The notes below the pieces were generated by a model. That model was given only the letters and a program-made list of their open reading frames with translations, had not been told where the DNA came from and made no database searches. From positions 32,001 through 96,000 of the IMG/VR virus record IMGVR_UViG_3300025127_006147: 64,000 nt of DNA, one strand, 5' to 3'. Below, piece after piece: positions 37,691 to 47,600 of this stretch (its first letter is position 1; every line of letters starts with the position of its first letter). This stretch comes from a virus. The position numbers and the translations under genes were made by a program.

Positions 37691-39067
37691 ATGAAAGAAA
37701 GTAAAAGTTTTGGTTACCTAGGTCACACGTTTCAAGTCAAACTTATTAACCAAATAATAACCGACAAAAAATTTGCAAATAACATCATTGAGGTGATTGA
37801 CCCTAAGTACTTCGATAACCAGTATTTTAAGTTAATCAGTCAAATGAGTAAGGAGTATTTTGAAAAATATAATACACCCCCTACGTTTGATGTTTTAGAC
37901 CAAATGACTCGACTAGAAGTATCGTCAGAGATGGCTAGAACTAATATATTTGATATGTTGGTGGAGATACGAGAGTGTGAGGTGGAGGACCATCTATGGA
38001 TACAGGAAAAAGCTTTGAAATTTTGTAAACAACAAGAGTTAAAAAAAGCTATTGTAAAAGTTAACAAAATAATCGAGAAGGGTGATTTCGAATCATATGA
38101 TAAGTGTGAAGAATACATTAGAGTAGCTACACAAATAGGTGAAGTCACGGACGGAGCTATGGATGTCTTCCAAGATTTAGATGAAGCTTTAATAGACGAT
38201 TTTAGAGACCCTATACCTTTAGGTATAAATGGTATAGATAATATTTTAGATGGTGGGTTAGCTAAAGGAGAAATTGGAGTATTTCTTGCACCTACAGGTG
38301 TTGGTAAAACTACAGTACTAACAAAAGTAGCTAATACAGCTTATAACATGGGTTTTAGTGTGTTACAAATATTTTTTGAAGACAATCCTAAAGTAATACA
38401 AAGAAAACACATAACCTGTTGGTCTGGTATTCCAGCTCAAGAACAGTCATCTAGACGTGAAGAAGTTTTAGAAAAAATTGCCCCTTACAAACAAGGAAGA
38501 GGTAAATTAATTATAGAAAAATTACCTTCAGATAGAATAACTATAAGTTCTATAAAAAATAGAATAAGAAAATTAGTAGCTGAAGGTAATAAATTTGACA
38601 TGATTGTTTTGGATTACATTGATTGTGTACTCCCAGATAAACATTTTAATGAAGTTTGGCAAGGTGAAGGTCTTGTTATGAGACAATTTGAAAGTATGTG
38701 TAATGAGTTAGATGTAGCAGGTTGGACCGCAGCACAAGGAAATAGGACTTCTATAAGTTCAGAAGTAGTAACTACTGATATGATGGGAGGTTCTATTAAA
38801 AAGGCACAAGTGGGTCACGTAATTATAACCCTAGCTAAAACTCTACAACAAAAAGAAATGGGTCTCGCAACAATTGCAATTACCAAGTCTAGAGTGGGAC
38901 AAGACGGAATAGTTTTTGAAAACTGTAAATTTGATAACGCTACGTTACAAATTGATACTGAACAATCCCAAACCCTATTGGGTCTAGAACAAGAAAGAGA
39001 AAGAAGAACTGCTGATAGGGTAAGAGCAGCTCTAGATAGAAGAAACCAACAAATAAATCAACAATAA
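37691..39067 (+). CDS. dnaB: Replicative DnaB-like helicase (gp41-like)
   Basis: Walker A LAPTGVGKT, IVLDYID, WTAAQGNR, KSRVG. Confidence 0.9.
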   Translation: MKESKSFGYLGHTFQVKLINQIITDKKFANNIIEVIDPKYFDNQYFKLISQMSKEYFEKYNTPPTFDVLDQMTRLEVSSEMARTNIFDMLVEIRECEVEDHLWIQEKALKFCKQQELKKAIVKVNKIIEKGDFESYDKCEEYIRVATQIGEVTDGAMDVFQDLDEALIDDFRDPIPLGINGIDNILDGGLAKGEIGVFLAPTGVGKTTVLTKVANTAYNMGFSVLQIFFEDNPKVIQRKHITCWSGIPAQEQSSRREEVLEKIAPYKQGRGKLIIEKLPSDRITISSIKNRIRKLVAEGNKFDMIVLDYIDCVLPDKHFNEVWQGEGLVMRQFESMCNELDVAGWTAAQGNRTSISSEVVTTDMMGGSIKKAQVGHVIITLAKTLQQKEMGLATIAITKSRVGQDGIVFENCKFDNATLQIDTEQSQTLLGLEQERERRTADRVRAALDRRNQQINQQ

Positions 39068-39077
39068 AAGATATAAC

Positions 39078-40088
39078 ATGAGTAATAATAAAAATTTATT
39101 TACAGAGAGAGTAGCATATAAACCTTTTGAATATCCAGAATATTATACAGAAGGTTGGTTAAAACAAGCACAGGCATTTTGGTTACATACTGAAATTTCA
39201 ATGCAGGGTGATGTTAAAGATTGGAAAGAAAATCTTAATGAATCAGAGAAAAATTTAGTAGGTAATATCTTACTAGGTTTTGCTCAAACAGAATGTGCTG
39301 TTTCAGACTATTGGACAAATATGGTGACGGATTGGTTCCCAAAACATGAAATTAGACAAATGGCGATGATGTTTGGAAGTCAAGAAACAATCCATGCTGT
39401 TGCATACTCTTATCTTAATGAGACACTAGGTCTAGAAGACTTTGAAGCTTTTTTACATGAAGAGGCGACCGCAGATAAATTCGACTTGTTAATGAATACA
39501 AGTGCTAACTATACACATAAAGATTTATCTAATAACGCAAAGGCTAGAAAAGAAGTGGGTAGAAGTTTAGCTATATTTTCTGCTTTTGCGGAAGGGGTAA
39601 GTTTATACAGTTCGTTTGCGGTACTTTACAGTTTCCAACTCAGAAATTTACTTAAAGGTATTGGACAACAAATGAAATGGTCAGTTAGAGACGAATCATT
39701 ACATAGTAGAATGGGATGTCAATTATTTAATCACATGTGTGAAGAATACCCTGAATTAAGAGAGGAAAGTAAAGAAGACATTTATGCTGCAGCTAAATTG
39801 ATTGTGGAACTAGAAGAAAAATTTATTGATAAAATGTTCGAAATGGGTGATTTAGAAAATTTAAAATCTGATGACCTAAAAGAATTTATCAAACAAAGAA
39901 CAAATGACAAATTAAAGGAATTGGGTTACGAAGAAATATTTGTCGTTAATCAGGAAAAATCCAGTAAGTTAGACTGGTTCTATCACCTCACAGGTGGAGT
40001 GACCCATACAGACTTTTTTGCAATCAGACCTACTGATTACAGTAAAGCTGGAGAAGATGATGATTGGGACGAAGATTCCCTTTTTTAA
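39078..40088 (+). CDS. nrdB: Class I ribonucleotide reductase beta subunit
   Basis: FWLHTE, FAQTE, QETIHAVAY, AEGVSLYSSF, RDESLH. Confidence 0.93.
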   Translation: MSNNKNLFTERVAYKPFEYPEYYTEGWLKQAQAFWLHTEISMQGDVKDWKENLNESEKNLVGNILLGFAQTECAVSDYWTNMVTDWFPKHEIRQMAMMFGSQETIHAVAYSYLNETLGLEDFEAFLHEEATADKFDLLMNTSANYTHKDLSNNAKARKEVGRSLAIFSAFAEGVSLYSSFAVLYSFQLRNLLKGIGQQMKWSVRDESLHSRMGCQLFNHMCEEYPELREESKEDIYAAAKLIVELEEKFIDKMFEMGDLENLKSDDLKEFIKQRTNDKLKELGYEEIFVVNQEKSSKLDWFYHLTGGVTHTDFFAIRPTDYSKAGEDDDWDEDSLF

Positions 40089-40110
40089 ATAATAAAATTT
40101 AATAGGAAAT

Positions 40111-41883
40111 ATGAAAAATTACGCAGAACATTTGGGCTGGGAGGTAGACGTGGACTTCCCAAGTTGGGCAAACACACACGTTTATATACAAACTATTTCT
40201 AATGGTTATTTATTACCAGGAGAGAAACCAAAAGACGCATACTGGAGGGTATGTACTACTGTAGCAAAAAGATTAGGTAAACCACAGTTAGCTACTAAAT
40301 TTTTTGATTATATATGGAAAGGATGGTTATGTTTAGCCAGTCCAGTATTAAGTAATACTGGTACTGAAAGAGGATTACCTATTAGTTGTTTCGGTATTGA
40401 TGTAGCTGATTCAATACAGGACATTGGGGCAAAAAATTTGGAAATGATGTTACTAGCTAAACACGGTGGTGGTGTAGGAATTGGTATAAATCAAATTAGA
40501 CCAGCGGGTTCAACAATTACTGATAACGGTACTAGTGATGGTGTTGTACCATTTTGTAAAATTTACGATTCCACGATTTTAGCAACTAATCAAGGTGCAG
40601 TCAGAAGAGGTGCTGCATCAGTTAATCTTAACATTGAACATAATGATTTTATGGATTGGTTAGAAATTAGAGAACCTAAAGGTGATGTTAATAGACAATC
40701 ACTTAATCTACACCAATGTGCCGTTGTTGGAGATAAATTCATGAGAAAATTAGAAGCTGGTGACAAAGAATCTAGAAAAAAATGGGCATCTTTACTTAAA
40801 AAACGTAGACAAACTGGAGAACCATATATTATGTATAGGGGTAATGTTAATAAAACTAATCCAGAATCTTACAAGAAAAATGGTCTAAAAGTTTATATGA
40901 CAAATATTTGTTCTGAAATTGTTTTACACACTGATGAAAATCACTCATTTGTTTGTTGTTTAAGTTCCCTTAATCTTGCAAGATATGATGAATGGAAAGA
41001 TACTGATTTAATTTATACCGCTACGTGGTTCTTAGACGGTGTTCTTGAAGAATTTTTACAGAAAGCAAAATATAGAAAAGGGTTTGAAAATGCTGTAAGA
41101 AGTGCTGAAAAAGGAAGAGCTTTAGGTTTGGGTGTTTTAGGATGGCATACTTTCTTACAACAAAGAGGAATACCTTTTGAAGGACTTCCAGCACAATTCG
41201 AAACACGTAGAATTTTTGGTCAAATTAAAACTGAATCAGAACAAGCTTCTAGAGATTTAGCTACCGAATATGGTGAACCATTATGGTGTGTTGGTAGTGG
41301 ATTTAGAAATAGTCACTTAAGAGCTGTAGCTCCTACAGTATCGAATAGTAAGTTAGCAGGTGGAGTAAGTTCAGGAATAGAACCCTTACCAGCAAATGTA
41401 TATACAGACCAAAGTGCTAAAGGAACTTTTATTAGAAAAAATAAAGAGTTAGAAAAGGTATTTAGAAAAATAGGTATTAACAACAAAGATACTTGGGATA
41501 AAATATTGGCAGATGGTGGTAGTGTACAAGACATTAAAGAACTAGATAATTGGGGATATGTAAATGGTAAGGTTACACATGTTGAAGAAAAAGAAAATTC
41601 ACATACAGATTTTGTGCCAGTGAAAGAAGTCTTTAAAACCTTTAAGGAAGTGAACCAACTAGAATTGGTTAGACAAGCTGGAATTAGACAACAGTATATA
41701 GACCAAGCTGTATCCCTAAACCTAGCTTTTCCTAAAGAAGCTACACCAAAGTGGTTAAACCAAGTTCACTTAGAAGCGTGGAAAATGGGTGTTAAAACAT
41801 TATATTATGTTAGAACTGAAAGTGTCCTTAGAGGTGATATAGCAGCAAGAGCTATGGAAGAGTGTGTTAGTTGTGAAGGTTAG
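40111..41883 (+). CDS. nrdA: Class I ribonucleotide reductase alpha subunit (no ATP cone)
   Basis: LASPVLSN, ISCF, GGGVG, TNICSEI, APTVSNS, TLYYVR, C-terminal CVSCEG. Confidence 0.95.
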   Translation: MKNYAEHLGWEVDVDFPSWANTHVYIQTISNGYLLPGEKPKDAYWRVCTTVAKRLGKPQLATKFFDYIWKGWLCLASPVLSNTGTERGLPISCFGIDVADSIQDIGAKNLEMMLLAKHGGGVGIGINQIRPAGSTITDNGTSDGVVPFCKIYDSTILATNQGAVRRGAASVNLNIEHNDFMDWLEIREPKGDVNRQSLNLHQCAVVGDKFMRKLEAGDKESRKKWASLLKKRRQTGEPYIMYRGNVNKTNPESYKKNGLKVYMTNICSEIVLHTDENHSFVCCLSSLNLARYDEWKDTDLIYTATWFLDGVLEEFLQKAKYRKGFENAVRSAEKGRALGLGVLGWHTFLQQRGIPFEGLPAQFETRRIFGQIKTESEQASRDLATEYGEPLWCVGSGFRNSHLRAVAPTVSNSKLAGGVSSGIEPLPANVYTDQSAKGTFIRKNKELEKVFRKIGINNKDTWDKILADGGSVQDIKELDNWGYVNGKVTHVEEKENSHTDFVPVKEVFKTFKEVNQLELVRQAGIRQQYIDQAVSLNLAFPKEATPKWLNQVHLEAWKMGVKTLYYVRTESVLRGDIAARAMEECVSCEG

Positions 41884-41894
41884 TATTTATTAGT

Positions 41895-42095
41895 ATGTGT
41901 TTAAAATTTGAAAAAGAAGATTTTTATTTAGACGACAACAATAAAATGGTGTTAACAGAAAAATACCATATAAAAAAAGGTTCTTGTTGTGGTGGTAAAT
42001 GTAAACATTGTCCATATTGCCCACCATATCAAAAATCTAACAAAGAATTAAGAGAAGATGTTCACACTGGACCTACACGGTTACAAAATTCATGA
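41895..42095 (+). CDS. Small Cys-rich protein (DUF5522-like)
   Basis: DFY..N.KMVLTEKYHIKKGSCCGGKCKHCPY; TATTTATT at 41884-41891. Confidence 0.7.
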   Translation: MCLKFEKEDFYLDDNNKMVLTEKYHIKKGSCCGGKCKHCPYCPPYQKSNKELREDVHTGPTRLQNS

Positions 42096-42276
42096 AACTC
42101 ATGATGTTGTAGATAGTTTTTTATATGACCATAAATTATATAATACTAAAAGAATAGAAATAATAACTGGAGACAGTAAAGTAATTAAAACCGTAGTCAC
42201 TGAAATTGCAGAGACTTACGGTTTTGAATGCAAACCCCACATCTACAATAAAGAAGTACTTACTCTTTCAGTTTAG
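42058..42276 (+). CDS. Stand-alone Smr-domain protein
   Basis: TLDLHGY, IEIITG Smr pattern; 72 aa. Confidence 0.65.
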   Translation: MFTLDLHGYKIHETHDVVDSFLYDHKLYNTKRIEIITGDSKVIKTVVTEIAETYGFECKPHIYNKEVLTLSV

Positions 42277-42291
42277 ATTTATAAAACTGAA

Positions 42292-42299
42292 TATTTATA
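42292..42299 (+). promoter_or_regulatory. Candidate late promoter TATTTATA
   Basis: 10 nt upstream of ATG 42310. Confidence 0.5.
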
Positions 42300-42309
42300 A
42301 ATAAAACTC

Positions 42310-42768
42310 ATGGCAGAAAGAGAAACATTTGGTATTGATTTTCCTTTTCAGGATAGTGTTTATGGAGATTATCTAAAAATGACAGAAACTCCAGAAGATG
42401 AAATTAAAGCTAATTTAATTCATTTGTTACTAACTAGAAAAGGCAGTCGATATTTTTTGCCTGACTTTGGTACTTCTTTATACGAGTATATTTTTGAACC
42501 CTTAGACTCACCAACGTTTGCCTCAATAGAGGCAGAGATTAGAGAACAGGTTATAAAATACATACCTAATCTTAAAATTACCAATATAGACGTGACTAGT
42601 GCTTTGGACGCTGAAGAACTTCCAGGAACTGTAGTAGCGGATAATGACCCTCGTGTTTATAGGGTAGCAGGTCAAGGGACTAAAGAACATACAGCAAAAG
42701 TAAGGATAGATTTTACCATAACTAGTGATGCTTTTGATACACGAGATTTTGTAATAATTAATATATAA
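42310..42768 (+). CDS. Baseplate wedge protein gp25-like
   Basis: IKANLIHLLLTRKGSRYFLPDFGTSLYEYIFEP. Confidence 0.9.
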   Translation: MAERETFGIDFPFQDSVYGDYLKMTETPEDEIKANLIHLLLTRKGSRYFLPDFGTSLYEYIFEPLDSPTFASIEAEIREQVIKYIPNLKITNIDVTSALDAEELPGTVVADNDPRVYRVAGQGTKEHTAKVRIDFTITSDAFDTRDFVIINI

Positions 42769-42769
42769 A

Positions 42770-44623
42770 ATGGCAAATAATAAAATATCTTACTCAGAAA
42801 GAGATTTTGTTGGTTTAAGGGGAGAGTTATTAAACTATGTTCAAGACCAATATCCAGACTTAATTCAAAACGCGAACGACGCTTCTTTATTTTCAGTTTT
42901 TTTAGATTTAAACGCGGCGGTCGCTGATAACTTACATTATCACATTGACCGTAGTTTACAAGAAACTGTTTTACAATACGCTAATCAAAGGTCTTCTTTA
43001 TTTAATATTGCTAGGACTTATGGATTGAAAATTCCTGGAACTAGACCTTCAGTATCAGTTTGTGATTTTAGTATTACTGTTCCTGTTTTACAGACTTCTG
43101 GGGGAGGAGATAAAGAAGATTTTAGGTATTTGGGCACATTAAGACGAGGTTCTCAAATAAAAGGAGCCGGACAAGTGTTTGAAAATATTCACGATATAGA
43201 TTTTTCAGTACCATTTGACTCTACTGGATTTCCAAACAGAACTAAAACTCCTAATTTTAATAATAATGGAAACATTGTAAGTTATACAATTACAAAAAGA
43301 GAGGTGGTAATAAATGGTATAACCAAAGTATTCAAGAGAGTTATAACTAGTACTGATGTGTTACCGTTTTTAAAAATATATTTACCAGAAAAAAATGTTT
43401 TAGGGGTGACAGGATTAATACAAAAAGATGGTACAAATATACAAGCGGTACCTAAAGCTACCGAGTTTTTAACTTCTCAAAATAAATGGTATGAAGTAGA
43501 TGCGTTAGCACAAGACAAAGTATTCATTGTCGATTCTAGTAAACCTTCTGATTTACCTGGTGTTAAAGTTGGTAAATGGGAAACCGCAAATCAAAGGTTT
43601 ATAACTGAGTATACACCAGAAGGTTTTTTCTATCTAACATTAGGTGGTGGTACTAGTAGTTCACAAAACTCGTTAGATGATTTTACAACACAAGGGTTTA
43701 CGATGGACTTAAGTAGATATATGAACAATTTTTCTTTAGGAAGTTCACCTAGAGCTAATACTACTTTATTTATTCAGTACAGAGTGGGTGGTGGACAATC
43801 TACTAATATAGGTCCTAACACCTTAAATAGTTTTGGTACCATAGACTTTGTTTTAAATGGACCAAACGTCAACATAAATAGGTCAGTTAATGAATCTTTA
43901 AGTGTTAATAATGTTACCGCTGCTATTGGAGGTTCTAATCAACCTACAGTAGAGGAAATTAGAAATTATATTGGTTTTAATTTTTCATCACAAAAAAGAG
44001 CTGTGACATTATCAGACTACAAAGTTTTAATTGAAACAATGCCTTCAGTTTTTGGTGCACCAGCAAAATGTGGGGTTATGGAAGTTGAAAATAAAATTAT
44101 GGTTAAGTTACTTTCATATAATACTGATGGTTCACTTACCTCTAATGTTAGTACTACTTTAATGGATAACATTAGTGAGTATTTGTCTGATTTTAGAATG
44201 TTAAATGATTATTTGACTATTGAACCCGCAGAAGTTATAGACTTGTCTTTAGAAATAGACTTATTGATTGACCCGTCATTTAATAGTGGAGCAATAATTA
44301 CAAATGTAATTAATACTACTAATGATTTCTTTGCTCCTAGAAATAGAGAAATGGGTACTGATATTTTTGTTGGTGAACTTATAAAAAATCTTGCAGCACA
44401 AGATGGGGTTAAAAACTTAATCGATTTAAGAATTTTTAATAAAGTAGGTGGAGAATATTCCAGTAATGAGGTTTCACAAAGATACTTGGATGATGAAACC
44501 AGACAGATAGAATTAATAGATGGTGTAATTTTTGCTCAACCAACCCAGTCATTCCAAGTTAAATATCCTACTAAAGATGTAATAGTTAGAGTAAAGTCTA
44601 CAAATCAAACAACTGTCTCTTAA
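42770..44623 (+). CDS. Baseplate wedge protein gp6 / baseplate J-like
   Basis: YSERDFVGLRGEL, IARTYGLK, YRVGGGQSTN, AIGGSNQPTVEEIR, QKRAVTLSDY. Confidence 0.88.
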   Translation: MANNKISYSERDFVGLRGELLNYVQDQYPDLIQNANDASLFSVFLDLNAAVADNLHYHIDRSLQETVLQYANQRSSLFNIARTYGLKIPGTRPSVSVCDFSITVPVLQTSGGGDKEDFRYLGTLRRGSQIKGAGQVFENIHDIDFSVPFDSTGFPNRTKTPNFNNNGNIVSYTITKREVVINGITKVFKRVITSTDVLPFLKIYLPEKNVLGVTGLIQKDGTNIQAVPKATEFLTSQNKWYEVDALAQDKVFIVDSSKPSDLPGVKVGKWETANQRFITEYTPEGFFYLTLGGGTSSSQNSLDDFTTQGFTMDLSRYMNNFSLGSSPRANTTLFIQYRVGGGQSTNIGPNTLNSFGTIDFVLNGPNVNINRSVNESLSVNNVTAAIGGSNQPTVEEIRNYIGFNFSSQKRAVTLSDYKVLIETMPSVFGAPAKCGVMEVENKIMVKLLSYNTDGSLTSNVSTTLMDNISEYLSDFRMLNDYLTIEPAEVIDLSLEIDLLIDPSFNSGAIITNVINTTNDFFAPRNREMGTDIFVGELIKNLAAQDGVKNLIDLRIFNKVGGEYSSNEVSQRYLDDETRQIELIDGVIFAQPTQSFQVKYPTKDVIVRVKSTNQTTVS

Positions 44624-44673
44624 TTAGTTTACATATTTCACTATCCTATTAAATTTGATTTTAAGGAAATAAC

Positions 44674-44681
44674 TATTTATT
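44674..44681 (+). promoter_or_regulatory. Candidate late promoter TATTTATT
   Basis: 16 nt upstream of ATG 44698. Confidence 0.5.
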
Positions 44682-44697
44682 TTATAAAGAATCAAGT

Positions 44698-47600
44698 ATG
44701 CCTAAATCATATAGGATTAAAGCCCAACCTAACGAAGACAAAAATATATTTGTCAATTTAGAACAAGACTTTGACCAACTAGAAATATTAAGTTTAAAGA
44801 TAGTTAAGTCAGATGTCTATTCTAGAACCTGTGCAGACTACGGTGTAATAGTAGGTCGTGCACAAGCAAATGGTGGTTTCGGTATTCCTAACGCAAAAGT
44901 TTCTGTATTTATACCCATTACAGATGAAGACGCGGAAGACGAAGTAATATCTCAATTATACCCTTTTAGGCAAGTTACAGATAAAAATGAGGAAGGTTAT
45001 AGGTACAACTTACTCCCTAAAGAATCTGAAAGTTGTAATCATAATGCAACGGGTAATTTTTTCACAGCAAAAGAAGTTATAAATAATCCAGTAGTATTAG
45101 AAGTATTTGAAAAGTACTATAAGTTTACCACTAAAACCAACGAGAGTGGTGATTACATGTTGTGGGGAGTTCCTTTAGGTAACCAAACTATACATACTAG
45201 TATTGATGTTAGTGATATTGGTTGTTATTCGATGAGACCGTATCAATTTATTAGACAAGGGATAAGTCCATCAAAATTTGAAAGTTCACTAGAATTTAAA
45301 ACTTCAGAAAATTTAGACACTTTACCACAGATAGTATTACAAAATAAGGCAATACAAGTAGTTCCTTTTTGGGGTGATGAAGATTTATGTGGTGTAGGTA
45401 TAACTAGAGTAGATTTTGATTTGAGAGATTCTGGTGTAGAGATAGAACCTAGTGCTACTTTTATGGGTTCTATTATAACAGATGACGATAATAATTATGT
45501 TTCAGTAGGGGGTGTACCTGCTAAAGAACAAGGACAGTTATGTAATTTAACTACAGGTACAGGTACTATTGAAGCTGTTAGACATACAATATTAAAAGAA
45601 GAAGACGGATGTACCCCAAAACTAGAGAAATTTAATCTAGATAATGGAGGTAAATTAATTGACGGTAATGGAACTTGGGTAACTCAATTACCTATGAATT
45701 TGGATTATGTGGTGACTAATGAGTATGGCCAAAAAGTTATATCAGATGACCCTAAAGTAGGAATCGCTACCAAAGCAAAATACAGATTTAGAATTTCATT
45801 TGATGGTACAGGGGGTGAGGTAAGAAGTGGAAGATACTTGGTGCCTAATTTAAGAGAATATAGTGACGGTACTAATGCACCCAGAAATTATAGTTTTTCA
45901 GATAGTTTATTTGATTATCCTGAAGTTACTGTTCCCGCGGACATATACGGTTCTCCAGCTAATCAGTGTACGGATTATTTTTATGAGTTTTTACCCAATA
46001 GAGTTTATAGTGTAGCTAATTTTATAGATAATTATAGAAAAAATATTAATCCTGGTGGAAATAGAAGTGCCAATAGTAGGTGGAGATTTTTAGGAATTAA
46101 ATCTATAAATCCACCCGCTGAAACTAGATGTACTGATATTACTAAAGAATTTCCAGTGAATGATGCTTTTAGAGGTGGTACCACTAGATTTTCTACCGCA
46201 CAAATAACAAGACTACTACAAGTAATAACATTAACAATTGCAGCATCTCTCATAAGTTACCAATTAATAGCTCTAATAGCTCAATTTGGTCAAATGGCGT
46301 TAAGGTCAGTTACTGCGGTTAGTTTAGTAACTGTGGGTGGAGTAGCTTCTGCCTCCGTTATAGACCTTCCTGTGGGTGTTTCCATCTTAGCTAATTTTAC
46401 GGGAGATATGATAGCGGGATTTATCACAATACCTATTTTGGGTGTATTTTTATATATTCCCATGGCATGGAGTATGGTTAAAAATTTCTATGTAGTAAGA
46501 AAATTGTATAACTACCCTAACTGTGAACCATGTGCTTGTGGGTCATCATTCAAATTTGATGTATACATACTTATTAGTTTATTTATAAACGAAGAAGATA
46601 AAGTTTTACAGGAGACTATAGCTGATGACCCAGGAAGTATAAACGACTGTAATAATGAAAGATACATGTTAGGTTTTCCTAATGACAATGCATTTTATTG
46701 GACAGGAAAACAAAATAATTTTCCTAGGGGATGTTATGTTTTACAGTTTAGAGATGCGGTATTTATCGCATTTACCACCTCGATAGGTGTTTTAACAGCT
46801 GCTTCTTACGCACCATTTAATATTGGTGCGATAGGTGTGTACGTAGCAATAGGGGTAACCCTTATAAGTACATTTGTAAGTTGTTTGGATAGTGTTTATA
46901 GAATGTATCGTAGTTTAAATCAATGGAGAGTACTTGCTAATATCTACACAGCTTTATGTGAGGGGGTGTTTAATATGAAATTTAGTAATAACTGGATTAA
47001 TGGGACACTATATTTCCCTAAATTCATGGTTAAAAAAGAAAAAATAAATCAGACTGATGGAAGTGTTGGGACAGGTGATTTGGATTATGATGGTAAACTA
47101 GTAGAAGCAAAAACTGAAAATGATAACACTTATTTTTACTATAGAAGTTGTCCTTTTGGTGTTACAGGTTTTGAAACTCAGAACCTCACAAAAGACCAAG
47201 GTACGGGGTCAGCCGCTGCTCATAGAGGAATAAATTTCCCAACTACTATAGTAGATTTGGGACCTTTAGATAGTTGCATAACAGAATTATGTAGAGAATC
47301 TGATACCCCAGATGGGGAATGTATCTATGTTGATAAATTAAAACCTAGTAGTTTCCAACCCAGCAGTGAGTTGTTAGGAATGTTAGTAGAAAGAAAAATT
47401 GCTGCTATAGGAACCTACAATCAATTCGTATGGTCTGGAGTAAATAAATGGTTTGGTGCAGACGGTAAACCAGGTGCCACTTACGATAGAAATACTGGGA
47501 ATGTAAGAACAGGTAGTGATGGAGATAATACTAACCCAGGACCATATAGAAATAGGGTAATAGATGGAGATATAGCACAATTATTGGCAACTAACAATCA

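Noticed and set aside
37691-41883. Inteins or group I introns in DnaB/NrdA/NrdB
   Set aside because: Proteins are of normal length with contiguous motifs; no intein termini or homing endonuclease seen.
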